Virus record (IMG/VR): IMGVR_UViG_3300020034_000004
Coordinates: 33,490-97,489 of that record
DNA: 64,000 nucleotides
Strand: one strand, 5' to 3'
Source of the DNA: a virus
Part shown: piece after piece, positions 24,536 through 34,848 of the stretch
How positions within the stretch are numbered: the first letter of the stretch is position 1
Layout: each line of letters begins with the position of its first letter
Translations under genes and position numbers: made by a program
Notes under the pieces: model-generated
Databases searched by the model: none
What the model saw: only the letters and a program-made list of their open reading frames with translations
Told to the model about the DNA's origin: nothing

Positions 24536-25070
24536 CTACCGCTTCAACCGTTTCGGTTACCTTGCTTAACTTATGACCAACGTTTTTCCTGCAATCAGGA
24601 CATAGGTCGTTTCTTAAAATCTCAATCAAAATGTGCTGCTTTTCTTCCATTTCAGCAACCTGGTCACCCATATCGGCGGCGTCTAGAAGACCAGCTTTTT
24701 GCAAAGCATCCAAACGGTTCTTCTCTAACTCAGCAACTAGCTTAATTGCATTAAGCTTTTGTTGTACCTTTTGAGAAGTAGTTCCGTTAGCAGTTAAATC
24801 ATTTTCAATTTGTTCCAATGTCTCATATGACTTTTTAATCAAATCATCATAATGAATGTCCATGTTGTTGAGTGCTTCTAATGCTCTATCAGTACCGACT
24901 TTCGAGACGGTTACTGTTTGATTGAACTCTTCTAGTAATTCAACGACTCTTTTTCTCTGAATACCTGTCGCCTTGGCGATGACAGTTGGTGTATTGCCTT
25001 GCATACGCAGAGTAGCCACACGTTCCATATCCTGGAAGTGTGGCGCGTCTGCTAATACTAAATCGGTCAT
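24519..25070 (-). CDS. Probable terminase small subunit (HTH)
   Basis: N-terminal HTH (IAKATGI), coiled coil, directly upstream of terL. Confidence 0.6.
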   Translation of the reverse strand: MTDLVLADAPHFQDMERVATLRMQGNTPTVIAKATGIQRKRVVELLEEFNQTVTVSKVGTDRALEALNNMDIHYDDLIKKSYETLEQIENDLTANGTTSQKVQQKLNAIKLVAELEKNRLDALQKAGLLDAADMGDQVAEMEEKQHILIEILRNDLCPDCRKNVGHKLSKVTETVEAVVVYND

Positions 25071-25240
25071 AGAGAATGCCCTCCGTTGCGGGTGGGACTC
25101 CAAACAAGACCTCTAAAGTTTAGTTCTCTAGTAAGCTTGTTTCCACATTTTGTGCAGTTCTGATTGTCACGGTCGTCAATTGGGACGTTGTGTTCGAACT
25201 GTACTTCACATTCTCTACAGTCATAATCATAGTTTGGCAT
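25067..25240 (-). CDS. FmdB-like zinc ribbon protein (57 aa)
   Basis: Manual translation MPNYDYDCRECE..F...CTKCG. Confidence 0.8.
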   Translation of the reverse strand: MPNYDYDCRECEVQFEHNVPIDDRDNQNCTKCGNKLTRELNFRGLVWSPTRNGGHSL

Positions 25241-25263
25241 AATTCAGTATACCACGTTTTCAA

Positions 25264-25812
25264 TCATTTAGGCATAGCGAGTACTCTGCGTGAGAATTCG
25301 CCAATGCTTCTTACTCTGCGTTCAACTTTAACGCCTTCATTCCATGGTCTGGTAATCAGAAATGCTTTTGTACCAACTGCGTTTAGTGCTTCATAGTTCT
25401 TAAGGTTATCTTCTACGAAGACATCTGTCTTGACGACAGTCTTATCTTCTGAGAATGTTAGAGAATGATATCTATACCCTCGCGTGTCCAGCCACTTCTC
25501 GGTAAGCTGTTCAGCTAGTCCTGGTCGGTCGGCAAATCCTCTATGCGTGATAATGTGAATTTCGTGACCAGCATCATGTAGATTGTTCAATGCTTCTACC
25601 GCGCCGACGAACGGAGCATTATTGAAAATGACACCTGCCTCGACACCTTCTTTCCAAAACTCCATCCACTTCTCATCTGACCATCCCCAGTCTCGCCAGA
25701 AGTTGTAATTGTAGATGTCGCATTTTAAGTCATGGCCTTTGAGCCTAAGATACATATTAACTCCAACCTGAAACATCAAATTGCAACCATCTAGGTCGAC
25801 ACCTATACGCAT
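25264..25812 (-). CDS. 5'(3')-deoxyribonucleotidase, HAD family
   Basis: DLDG, ITHR, FVEDN, RPWN. Confidence 0.85.
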   Translation of the reverse strand: MRIGVDLDGCNLMFQVGVNMYLRLKGHDLKCDIYNYNFWRDWGWSDEKWMEFWKEGVEAGVIFNNAPFVGAVEALNNLHDAGHEIHIITHRGFADRPGLAEQLTEKWLDTRGYRYHSLTFSEDKTVVKTDVFVEDNLKNYEALNAVGTKAFLITRPWNEGVKVERRVRSIGEFSRRVLAMPK

Positions 25813-26369
25813 TACTTAATCCTTTCTAGACCGAGACCTTCGAACCATGAGATTAAAACTGCGCGAAGATAATCCAAATCTCTGTGATTATCAATATATT
25901 CATCAAATTTCCAGGCATCCAGCGCGGTCTCTGAAATGTGATTATTGATTGGAACAACGCCTGGACGCTCAACTCGATATATCATACCTTCACGTAACTT
26001 AATAGCAAATGCTTCATTTGGGAATCTAACGTCTGTAACTACGACATTCGGACCGGTAAAGTTGAGGGTCGAATCTACCCAAATATTCTCACCTAAGATT
26101 TCTCTACCTACTTCAGTACCCAGATTTTGCAGTAGTCTTCGAATCTCATCCTTGTATATTGTTTCTTTATATCCATCCCATCCAAATGTATCAATAACTT
26201 CTTGAAGATATTGAGTGGTATTATATTTATCTACAATTGGATTCAAGGCATAAAGACATTCACGAAGCTTATCTGCAAATGCCACCTCCTCAAATCCAAA
26301 TTCTTCAATCAAAATCTTAGCTACTTCATTCTTTCCTGCGCGAGCGTAACCACTAAGTCCTATTAGCAT
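25812..26369 (-). CDS. Deoxynucleoside monophosphate kinase
   Basis: GLSGYARAGK, FADKL, RRLLQNLGTE, DVRFPNE, HISE. Confidence 0.9.
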   Translation of the reverse strand: MLIGLSGYARAGKNEVAKILIEEFGFEEVAFADKLRECLYALNPIVDKYNTTQYLQEVIDTFGWDGYKETIYKDEIRRLLQNLGTEVGREILGENIWVDSTLNFTGPNVVVTDVRFPNEAFAIKLREGMIYRVERPGVVPINNHISETALDAWKFDEYIDNHRDLDYLRAVLISWFEGLGLERIK

Positions 26370-27037
26370 TCTAACACCCTCTGTCCTCTTTGATTGGTTC
26401 GATGTAGCCACTCGTGTACGGCTACTGTTTCTTCTGGATATTCCCGGTCAATATTTACTTCCGTACCAGCTTCGACATCAGACCAATGAAGCGGATTGAA
26501 AACATTTCGATGGAATGTCTGTACTGGTCCGTATTCACGAATTGCATGCTCTAACAACTGTACACCAGTTGTTGCGTTCATGAAAGCCCCCGGCATCTCA
26601 AAGTAACGTTTTGGTAACAACTCAATTACTTTCTTGAAAAACGGATGCCCTGGTGGCGAATACATTGTCATATTAACTGGATGGATATCGTCTTCCATTG
26701 CCAAAGCGGGCTGGTCTTTATCAAATTCCAATGTGTCCAAGGACTTCAATGGCTTCATATCTGTATTGAAGTAAAACCCACCATTGTTGTAAAGTAATTC
26801 ATAATCTACTACATCTGCGACATGAGTATAAAATGCAACCATATCTGCATTTGGAAGGCGGGACTGCTTGTACATCTCATCTAATACCGCCTGGTTCTCC
26901 CAGCGAGTGTCATAAATTTCATCTTCCAGCCAATCGTATAGCTCGTAACCAGGATTTAATTCTTCCCACTGCTTACCATATTCAATATACCTCTCAGGCA
27001 TCTTGCTGCCTAACCAAATTCTATGAATTATTGTCAT
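26363..27037 (-). CDS. Glycosyltransferase, GT32-like
   Basis: IHRIWLG; ADVVDYELLYNNGGFYFNTD; TTG. Confidence 0.8.
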   Translation of the reverse strand: MTIIHRIWLGSKMPERYIEYGKQWEELNPGYELYDWLEDEIYDTRWENQAVLDEMYKQSRLPNADMVAFYTHVADVVDYELLYNNGGFYFNTDMKPLKSLDTLEFDKDQPALAMEDDIHPVNMTMYSPPGHPFFKKVIELLPKRYFEMPGAFMNATTGVQLLEHAIREYGPVQTFHRNVFNPLHWSDVEAGTEVNIDREYPEETVAVHEWLHRTNQRGQRVLEC

Positions 27038-27869
27038 TTGCTAACTCCCTGTATTTATCCAATATATTTGTTTCACTTAACAGATAATCCCTCTGATGAT
27101 AAAATGAAAAATGACTGATTAAGCTATTCGGAACAATTATATTTGGCCTTTGCAGTTCGTAGGGCTTATTAATTGTGTGCCAACCTTCTTCTTCTCCACC
27201 CAGTTGCCCCTCGACCTTCTTATACTCGCTACCAAACTGAGCAAAGCAAGACACGCTGAATTGCTGACCAACAGCTAATTGAATGCTATGGTGCATGAAT
27301 AATTTATCAACTTGTTCAGTTTTAATCATCTTTAATAAATGATTATGAATATTCTCAGCAAAATGAGCATCCGCCCAACCTACCGGGTCCATACAATGAT
27401 TACCAACGAAGCCCCACCAAGATGGCATCTGTTGCCCCTGTTGTAGATAATATGAACATACTGCATTATTCCAAATAATTGGAAATACAACAAATGGAAA
27501 AGGATTGTCTATTCTCTGCTCTACTAATCTTTGAATGGCATTCTTTTCAATCCAAACAATATCGTCATCCATTCTTACATAGATAGTGTCTGATTCTTGA
27601 GTATACTGATAAAAACGACCGGTATTCATTTGTTTAGGAAACAATACTTCTCCTACCGGCCTTTCGAACGTTTTAATCCAGTCATGCTTTTTCTCTAGGT
27701 CATATCCATATTGCCTATCTGATTCTTGATTTGAGTCTGTATTTATCCATAGGTGCCATTCATCTATAACACCAGCAATCTTATCGCGAGCCAGATATTT
27801 ATAAAGAATGCTTGCAGTTAATTCTCTGCCCCATGGTGTGAAGACTACTACTTTTTTGTTTCTAATCAC
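27021..27869 (-). CDS. Glycosyltransferase, GT-A fold
   Basis: FTPWGR; YVRMDDDIVWI; HFSF. Confidence 0.75.
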   Translation of the reverse strand: MIRNKKVVVFTPWGRELTASILYKYLARDKIAGVIDEWHLWINTDSNQESDRQYGYDLEKKHDWIKTFERPVGEVLFPKQMNTGRFYQYTQESDTIYVRMDDDIVWIEKNAIQRLVEQRIDNPFPFVVFPIIWNNAVCSYYLQQGQQMPSWWGFVGNHCMDPVGWADAHFAENIHNHLLKMIKTEQVDKLFMHHSIQLAVGQQFSVSCFAQFGSEYKKVEGQLGGEEEGWHTINKPYELQRPNIIVPNSLISHFSFYHQRDYLLSETNILDKYRELANDNNS

Positions 27870-28765
27870 AAGAATTTCCTGTAGTATTCAATGGTCTTTT
27901 TCATTCCATCCTCCAGAGATACGAATGATTCTTTGGAAATACCAAGTGACTTAAGGGCGCTCGGGTCAGCAAGAACCACTCCATGCTCTTCCTCTCCGGG
28001 ACGCATTGGCCAATGCTCCAAAACAGAGCTAGAGTTGGCAACCCTAATTACAGTTTTAGCAACTTCATTGACAGTGATTGGTTCGCCATACCCAACCTCG
28101 AATGCATTTTCATAAACCTTGCCTTGGTCAGCATGTTTCATGGCGGCAACCAACACGCGAGCAACATCCTCAACATAAATCATATCAGAAACCTGCGTTC
28201 CATCACCATAAATTCCAATGGGCAAATTTCTGATTGCAGCATTGACAAACGCTGGCGCAATCTTTTTGACCTTTGATGGACCATATGGTGGATAAGACAC
28301 TTGGCGAGGTCCAAAACAGTTGGTAGGCCGGACCACATTAATCTTGGTGCCTGACTCCTTATTGAACATCTTTACGAACCGCTCCATTGTGGACTTTGTA
28401 ATGGAATATGTATTATTCATCCAATGATTTCCCACAGCAATATTAACGCCAGGAACGTTGTACTGTGCAGCAGCCTTGAATACATTCAGCCCACCAAGAA
28501 TGTTAGTGTGCGCTGCTGGATTGGGATTTTTTATAGTCTCTTGCGTCCCCAATACACCTGCCAAATGAATAAAATTATCGGCGTGAGCGAATGCTTCTGT
28601 AACCCTAACATCATCTACAATATCTCCAAGAAAGAATTCTGCTCCATCAGGACGAACTCCCTTATCATAGGAATCAAAAACAATCGGTGTGTATCCCTGC
28701 TTAATTAATTCCTCAACGACATATTGACCAATGAATCCTTGGCCTCCAGTTACTAAAACCTTCAT
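27866..28765 (-). CDS. NAD-dependent epimerase/dehydratase
   Basis: TGGQGFIG, HLAG, YSITK, NCFGP. Confidence 0.92.
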   Translation of the reverse strand: MKVLVTGGQGFIGQYVVEELIKQGYTPIVFDSYDKGVRPDGAEFFLGDIVDDVRVTEAFAHADNFIHLAGVLGTQETIKNPNPAAHTNILGGLNVFKAAAQYNVPGVNIAVGNHWMNNTYSITKSTMERFVKMFNKESGTKINVVRPTNCFGPRQVSYPPYGPSKVKKIAPAFVNAAIRNLPIGIYGDGTQVSDMIYVEDVARVLVAAMKHADQGKVYENAFEVGYGEPITVNEVAKTVIRVANSSSVLEHWPMRPGEEEHGVVLADPSALKSLGISKESFVSLEDGMKKTIEYYRKFL

Positions 28766-29472
28766 AAACTTATTTTCTCCGTATTGTGTATTTGGGTCTT
28801 CGGCCAGTCGTAGTCTACGAAAACCTTATCTGGCTTAGGAGCATATCCGTTTAATGCTCCCTTATGCGCCTCTTGATAAATAAAACAATCTACTGGATTA
28901 CGTAATCCATGCTTCTTGGCTAATTGGACTAGCTTCGTACCGCCCGCTGGACTATACATCATTGCAACCATGCCATATCCCTGATAAACTTTAGCGAGGT
29001 CATCAATATTACAATCAAAGTAACTCGGAAACCCATCGGGACGAGTGCCGTAAATCTCTGGGTCACCATAACTGTTATAGCTCAGATTATATCTATAGTC
29101 GATACGCTGATTGTCTGGTACCCAAAGAGCTATAAAATCCCAGTCGACTGGAAGCTGCGGTATTATGGTATTCATATGCACACTAAATTGTTCATCAATG
29201 ATTGCGTCATCTTCAAATACTACCAATGGTTCATTCATTTGAGATACTTTTTCCCAATTTAGAAAGTTGGACATCCATACCCCGATTTCTCCCAGTTGTA
29301 ACCGGTCCGGAGATGTGATTGCTAATCCTAACTCGGCAAGTATCTGTCTGATATCTTTGCAGTGTGCACCATCAACAGACACAACAAATTGCTCATCTAG
29401 GCCGACATGATTTCTGATGTTCTGTTTGTATGACATTCTTTTGTCACTAATACTGATAATATTATATTTCAT
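28762..29472 (-). CDS. Glycosyltransferase, GT25-like
   Basis: VDG, GEIGVWMS, VFEDDA, PVD. Confidence 0.8.
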   Translation of the reverse strand: MKYNIISISDKRMSYKQNIRNHVGLDEQFVVSVDGAHCKDIRQILAELGLAITSPDRLQLGEIGVWMSNFLNWEKVSQMNEPLVVFEDDAIIDEQFSVHMNTIIPQLPVDWDFIALWVPDNQRIDYRYNLSYNSYGDPEIYGTRPDGFPSYFDCNIDDLAKVYQGYGMVAMMYSPAGGTKLVQLAKKHGLRNPVDCFIYQEAHKGALNGYAPKPDKVFVDYDWPKTQIHNTEKISL

Positions 29473-29612
29473 CGTTTTAAATTAAACTTTCTCAGCCATT
29501 TATTAATTGTAACCTGTGTTGTACCACAAATTTCAGCGATTTTCGTTTCTGTCAATCTTTCTGTGATGTATTTACGGGTGAGCCATTTCTTAGATTTATA
29601 ATAAGCGGGCAT
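29469..29612 (-). CDS. Small HTH DNA-binding protein (47 aa)
   Basis: Manual translation ...KIAEICGTTQVTINKWLRKF. Confidence 0.7.
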   Translation of the reverse strand: MPAYYKSKKWLTRKYITERLTETKIAEICGTTQVTINKWLRKFNLKR

Positions 29613-29665
29613 GAACATTTCCAATCCATTCCAAGAATTCATCCATTGTTTGGTTTGATTTTGCT

Positions 29666-30247
29666 CTATTCCTTGGTCGTGCCATATTTTTCCAATCCAT
29701 AATAAGCTATAGCAATTGCATCTGAAATATTATTAGATTCAGTATTAATATCATAATTTACTTTAACCCAATTCATAGTTCTTTGCTTTCTTATTTCCCT
29801 GCTTTTGTTAGAGTACCAGGATGCCGACTTGCCTGGGAAGTCTATCTTAATTTGTTCTTTCTCTACTTTTGTGAGGGTTTTATTCGAAATAAAGTTTTGC
29901 CAAGTCACAGGCGGCACTTCTTCAACAGATTTTCCATCTTGCATAATAGACGCGATAAGGGCACCAAAAGAATATGCCAATAAGACCACAGTCTTTTTGT
30001 TTTGAACAAATATAGCAGATTCAAATACAATCAGGTCAAAATCAAATTTTCCTCTTAGGGCAGCAACTTCTGCTTGCCCATGAGCTAATCGCTCCCATAC
30101 AGTCTTCCCAGTGAATTTAATCTCTCCCCATTCGATAGGACCATCCGCACCATACCAACAATACGCAAACGAGTTGGTTGATGCATCAACACCCAACACT
30201 GAATCAACTCTCCGTGCCTTTACTTTAGTCAATGTTCCTATTCCCAT
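29666..30247 (-). CDS. ruvC: RuvC-like Holliday junction resolvase
   Basis: LGVDAS, IVFE, SDAIAIA. Confidence 0.8.
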   Translation of the reverse strand: MGIGTLTKVKARRVDSVLGVDASTNSFAYCWYGADGPIEWGEIKFTGKTVWERLAHGQAEVAALRGKFDFDLIVFESAIFVQNKKTVVLLAYSFGALIASIMQDGKSVEEVPPVTWQNFISNKTLTKVEKEQIKIDFPGKSASWYSNKSREIRKQRTMNWVKVNYDINTESNNISDAIAIAYYGLEKYGTTKE

Positions 30248-30290
30248 ATGTATATGTTATCATAATGTAACATATTATGCACAATAAAGA

Positions 30291-30749
30291 TTATTGCCAA
30301 TTAACGGCTAGCATCATGTTTATAACAGACCTATTGGTTTGAATCTGTTGCTTAGTGGCGCAGCTATTGCAATCAACACCATCGTTGTAACGAGACAATT
30401 TCGTTGTCTGGCATGTTCTGCAATATCTAGTCATTCCATTACGTTGGTCGCGTCTGGCGTAGTACTTTTCCATGATTCTTCGGTTGGTCGCGATTCGACA
30501 GCACTCAGCAGAACAGTATTTCATGTTGTGAGTATTTCGCTGGAATACAATTTCGCAGTCTGTTCTTGCACAAGTTATCGCGGGAGTGTTTTCCATATTC
30601 ACACCCCCTCTAATGGTTTCTTGAGAAACTCCATATTTATTTTTATGATATCCAGATAACTTCTTTCCGTTAGGATTAACAATCATGCCATCATCTGTAA
30701 TGATGTATCCTCTAGAGACAGCTTCTCTTATCCTCTCGGGGTGGTTCAC
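30291..30749 (-). CDS. Hypothetical Cys-rich protein (start uncertain)
   Basis: KYCSAEC, CRTC, CNSC. Confidence 0.6.
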   Translation of the reverse strand: MNHPERIREAVSRGYIITDDGMIVNPNGKKLSGYHKNKYGVSQETIRGGVNMENTPAITCARTDCEIVFQRNTHNMKYCSAECCRIATNRRIMEKYYARRDQRNGMTRYCRTCQTTKLSRYNDGVDCNSCATKQQIQTNRSVINMMLAVNWQ

Positions 30750-33502
30750 TTAGGTATCTCCAAAGGAGGTAAGTTTACCGTACCCGGATTTGGGTCATTC
30801 TTACTATTGCTTCTTGCAAGCCCTTCCCAACATGTATTACGTACCGGGCATCCCTTGCACTGTACACTGGACTTTATAAACGGTCTCGTTGGCAATTTGC
30901 CTTCATCAGCATTCAGCTTTACTGCTCGCATCCATTCCAACGTGTCATCTACAAACTTTTTACGCTCATCAGTCATCTTAATAGGTAGGATGAATATTTC
31001 GTGTGTATTTCCCGTGATGGTTGGCTTTCCATTTTGTTCCATAACCCAATATCCATTATTTGTTGTTGGACACCAAACATCTCCTTCGTAGTCAGAGTCA
31101 ATCACCAACCCAGCATTAAATGCTGTTCTCATTCCTGAATAGCAAGACACTTTGCCTTCGTTAATATTTGTTACAACACCATTCAAATAATGAGCAATCT
31201 GAAAACTTTCCTTTACAGCATTGTCTAGTTGACCAAAAGATTCTTTTCTTCCGGCAATAGCCCACGAACCATCCCCACCTATAAGACCACGAATATAGGC
31301 CAAGCGTGACTGATGATTCATTTTGTAGGGCAGCGTTGCAGAAATCTTCTTGCTTGAATACACCCTACGAAGTTCTTCTACCAACGCAGTCTTCGTTTTC
31401 AACCTATAGCCAATCTTTCTGCCTCCACGAGTAATGATAGTTCTTTCACTTTCATCCAATAAAGATTCCAATGCTTCTTGACCGATTAACTTTTCCTGAT
31501 AAATCTGATAATACTTTCTTCCGTCTTTATCAGTTGTAATGCATCCATCAGATGCAATCCATCCAATAACTTCAGAAACCTTTTCATCAAGAGAATCTTC
31601 AGGTTCATGATACAAGCTGGCTACTCGCGGAATCAAACTTCTTGTCTTCAAATCCTTAGCCTGGTACTCTTTCATAACACCCTTATAATCTTTAGCAATC
31701 CAAGTATGGTCTTCAGTTGAAATAAAAGATTGGTGTTTGTTTCCAATAGATACCATTTTTGTGTCTGGAATCTTAACAACTTTATCTCTATACGTCTCCC
31801 ATTCCAGGAAATTCCCATCTGGATTAAAGGTAAGTATTTTCGTCTTTCCTTCAACCAAATCTTCGTGATTCATCCATCCAGAATCTGTCATTATTCTTGA
31901 ATAGGTGGGTACGCAGTTTTTATTCTCTGTAAGGAAGAAACCCTTGTCCTTACCTGTTACATACATATAAATTAGGAGCTGTAATAATTGATACCCCGGC
32001 ACCGTGTTTTGGGTGGCTCGTATTTCCCATGTTTCTGCTCTGGTTGTCTTAATTTCAACAACCACTTCTTCATTCTTCCAATTGACTATGGCGTCAATAA
32101 ACCCACCAATAGGCGGGTCTTGATGTTGCACTGGAATTTCTGAATCAACCAAAATGCCAGCCTCATCCAATACCTTGGCTAGACGAACTCCTGCATCGGA
32201 ACCAGCATTCATATTGGCCATAGAAGGAGCATCTGTATCATATTCGAATTCGGCACCATTGAATGCATAGTGCCAATATCTTGGACAGTTCATGGTCAGA
32301 ATACCATCGACCAAAGAAAATCTTTCAGTTTCCGGTTGAACAACGCAAAAAACTTCTTCTGTTCTTCCTGTATCTGTAATCGAAACAACTTTCCATTTTC
32401 TCGGAGACCTCGCGGGCTTTTCGCACAAAGAGATGTGGTAATCTCGGTGATGAGACAATAAAAAGAAATCTCCAGGAAGTTCCTGTGATGATAAAGAAAT
32501 ACTCCACTGGTCATAATCTCTACCAAGTTTATTTCTAACTGAATGAAGCATAGAGCCGGTATTAATACCCAGGATTGCACAAACATTTCTAACAGCCATA
32601 ATATCTTGCTTTCGGTGAGAAGTGATTGAAGCACTTCCTTCATCATGAATATTACCATCAGCGGCGAAATATCCAGCCAACCATCCATAAAGATATGAAG
32701 TTGATTCATTCAGCGGAGGCAATGATTTGTAAGAGCGAGGCATGCCATAAACCTTACGACACTCGATATTATTGTTCTTCATGAAATCAGTATCTTCTCC
32801 AGAATGAAGATAAACTTCGCCTACAGAATATCCATCGAAATACTTCAATAATTCAAAATCCTTATTCCCATAGAGAACAACATATGAGTCTGTCTTGCGT
32901 TGACCAAAGCCTTGGTCACAAGAACCATCTCCAAACACAACACCAGCACGAATACCATCGTGACTCATGGTGTTTAAGTCTACTCTGCTTTTTGGATTCG
33001 AGTGCCACAGGAGATTGCCTTCAGATAAATTTTCTGTATTAATAATCACAGGTACTGCTCGTGAAGCAGATGTTGACCAAGAACCAGATTGGACAATCCA
33101 CCTGTGTTCAGGAGTTGCTAAAATCTCTCTTTCGACACCATCTCTTTCAACAACAACAGACATTAACTTTTGTTTTCCAAAAGATTCTACTTTGGCTTGC
33201 TTCCAACCTCCCGTTTGAGCAAAATCATACTTTGTTGACTTCATATTCACTGAACCTGTCCATACGACAACATCTTGGTCAACCACTTCAGATAAAGTTT
33301 TAACACCTTCATCTGTAATGAACTCTGTGTTTCCAGAGAAACATGACCCTGAGTAACCAAGACCTGACGGTGCGAACGAAGTCTTCTTGGTCCGCTTCGA
33401 TGGACGCTTCATAGCCTTTTCCAAGGCGGTACCAAATTCTTCGGTGCCAAAAGCCTTGTTTATTGCATGATGTTCATTTGCTTGAACTAATTTCTTTACC
33501 AT
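30746..33502 (-). CDS. Cas4/RecB-like PD-(D/E)XK exonuclease with two inteins
   Basis: Extein CPRYW, GFIDA, EIKT, QLLIY, and CKGC..C Fe-S ligands. Confidence 0.88.
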   Translation of the reverse strand: MVKKLVQANEHHAINKAFGTEEFGTALEKAMKRPSKRTKKTSFAPSGLGYSGSCFSGNTEFITDEGVKTLSEVVDQDVVVWTGSVNMKSTKYDFAQTGGWKQAKVESFGKQKLMSVVVERDGVEREILATPEHRWIVQSGSWSTSASRAVPVIINTENLSEGNLLWHSNPKSRVDLNTMSHDGIRAGVVFGDGSCDQGFGQRKTDSYVVLYGNKDFELLKYFDGYSVGEVYLHSGEDTDFMKNNNIECRKVYGMPRSYKSLPPLNESTSYLYGWLAGYFAADGNIHDEGSASITSHRKQDIMAVRNVCAILGINTGSMLHSVRNKLGRDYDQWSISLSSQELPGDFFLLSHHRDYHISLCEKPARSPRKWKVVSITDTGRTEEVFCVVQPETERFSLVDGILTMNCPRYWHYAFNGAEFEYDTDAPSMANMNAGSDAGVRLAKVLDEAGILVDSEIPVQHQDPPIGGFIDAIVNWKNEEVVVEIKTTRAETWEIRATQNTVPGYQLLQLLIYMYVTGKDKGFFLTENKNCVPTYSRIMTDSGWMNHEDLVEGKTKILTFNPDGNFLEWETYRDKVVKIPDTKMVSIGNKHQSFISTEDHTWIAKDYKGVMKEYQAKDLKTRSLIPRVASLYHEPEDSLDEKVSEVIGWIASDGCITTDKDGRKYYQIYQEKLIGQEALESLLDESERTIITRGGRKIGYRLKTKTALVEELRRVYSSKKISATLPYKMNHQSRLAYIRGLIGGDGSWAIAGRKESFGQLDNAVKESFQIAHYLNGVVTNINEGKVSCYSGMRTAFNAGLVIDSDYEGDVWCPTTNNGYWVMEQNGKPTITGNTHEIFILPIKMTDERKKFVDDTLEWMRAVKLNADEGKLPTRPFIKSSVQCKGCPVRNTCWEGLARSNSKNDPNPGTVNLPPLEIPK
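31007..31915 (-). mobile_element. Exonuclease intein B with LAGLIDADG (303 aa)
   Basis: CVPTY...TEDHTW...GWIASDG...RGLIGGDG...VWCPT...TGN|T. Confidence 0.88.
32288..33343 (-). mobile_element. Exonuclease intein A with LAGLIDADG (352 aa)
   Basis: CFSGN...TPEHRW...GVVFGDG...LAGYFAADG...VFCVV...TMN|C. Confidence 0.9.
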
Positions 33503-33506
33503 ATCG

Positions 33507-33863
33507 TTACTTAACCAAGTATTTCAGAGCGTCTACAAGTTTGTCAAGACCACTATATAATTCTTTGTAGTGATTCTTCTTCATATTGGCTTCAGTTGTT
33601 CCTTTCAAATATGACATATGTCCAGTAAACATCATTCTGAACTTAACTGCATAAGCCTGAAGTTGTACAAGTAGTACCGCGACTTGTGTCTGCGGTACGT
33701 TAGGCTTAGCGATTATCTTAACAACAAGGTCTAGACATTCGCCAAAATCCTTGTCATCCACAAATTCCTTTGCAAGCTTTTCCCACGTATCTGCAAGACC
33801 ATCTGTTATTACCAATGGATTCTCATCAGTCGTGTGTTCACGCTCTGCATGGTTACTACTCAT
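33507..33863 (-). CDS. Hypothetical protein
   Basis: 118 aa, helical. Confidence 0.7.
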   Translation of the reverse strand: MSSNHAEREHTTDENPLVITDGLADTWEKLAKEFVDDKDFGECLDLVVKIIAKPNVPQTQVAVLLVQLQAYAVKFRMMFTGHMSYLKGTTEANMKKNHYKELYSGLDKLVDALKYLVK

Positions 33864-33870
33864 TAGTATA

Positions 33871-34326
33871 TCACCTTACGTATTGGAAAACAACTCTACC
33901 GCTATACCGCTCGCTTGTGCGCTGATAGCGACATCCACCTGCGACATAGAATTCGGGAATTTCATACTGAATATCAATCAATCTTCCATCAGCCACTCCA
34001 CCGATTAGAATCATATGCCCACCAGTTCTGCGACCTCTAGCAATAACGGCTGGTTCGTACTTAGCTTCAAATACTTGAGAGTCACAAGGGTAAAACTCAC
34101 CTTTCATTCCTTTGATGATGAAGTCACCATGGCTAACTCCAACCCAAGTATCGTGCAAATAGTCATAAACTTCGGCAACAATTTCACCCGCTGCATAATC
34201 ATCTACCCTGAATCCAGGGAAAGAGCCGGTAGCGCGCACAACAACTCCGACAAACCTTTTAATATCTAAAGGATTGTCGTTAAATCTAACTGCTTCAATT
34301 TCTATTGGCTTTGTTCTATATTTCAC
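33871..34326 (-). CDS. Hypothetical phage protein
   Basis: KP.EIEAV...GDFIIKG.KGEFYPC...FE.KYE pattern. Confidence 0.75.
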   Translation of the reverse strand: MKYRTKPIEIEAVRFNDNPLDIKRFVGVVVRATGSFPGFRVDDYAAGEIVAEVYDYLHDTWVGVSHGDFIIKGMKGEFYPCDSQVFEAKYEPAVIARGRRTGGHMILIGGVADGRLIDIQYEIPEFYVAGGCRYQRTSERYSGRVVFQYVR

Positions 34327-34633
34327 TGTACTTTTCTTCCCAAGCCTCATACATTTCATGAAACATATCGTCATTAATAACCCAAAGACGAATCTTTGAA
34401 TCAGACCCTTTACTTCCGAGTACTAATTTAAGTGCTGGAATCTTTCTTCCAGATTTAAATGCATCGGTTGCAATCTTAGCCCAATTTTTTCTGGACACCG
34501 AAAAGGATTCGTTATATTCCTTAATGTCATAACAAATTTCACCGAGAATAGCGTCCCCTTTTTCCAATATACCCCGGCCGCTGTTGCGTTGTGCACGAGC
34601 ACCATCACGTTTTACTTCAGACGCTTCGCTCAC
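34316..34633 (-). CDS. Small PD-(D/E)XK nuclease, Hjc-like resolvase
   Basis: NSGRG..KGD...DIKE. Confidence 0.65.
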   Translation of the reverse strand: MSEASEVKRDGARAQRNSGRGILEKGDAILGEICYDIKEYNESFSVSRKNWAKIATDAFKSGRKIPALKLVLGSKGSDSKIRLWVINDDMFHEMYEAWEEKYSEI

Positions 34634-34848
34634 TTGGTTCTTCCTTCATAATTTTCAATCTTAGATTGATGTCCTTGAGAGCATTCCCAAATCAATAAAT
34701 CTAAATTTGTGTAATATTTACCTTCAATAGCCACTTCAAAGCATCCGGTTGTTTGACAAGACATCGCCCCTTCACATTCTTCAAAAGGCTCTTTGTTTAC
34801 CTTATTCTTATCAATTAAATCTTTAAACGGATTTGGCAAAAATCTCAC
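34630..34848 (-). CDS. Small zinc-binding hypothetical protein
   Basis: CQTTGC...WECSQGH. Confidence 0.6.
   Translation of the reverse strand: MRFLPNPFKDLIDKNKVNKEPFEECEGAMSCQTTGCFEVAIEGKYYTNLDLLIWECSQGHQSKIENYEGRTK

Noticed and set aside
30746-33502. CRISPR-Cas system suggested by the Cas4-like gene
   Set aside because: No repeat-spacer array or other cas genes; solo Cas4-like nucleases are routine in phage replication modules.
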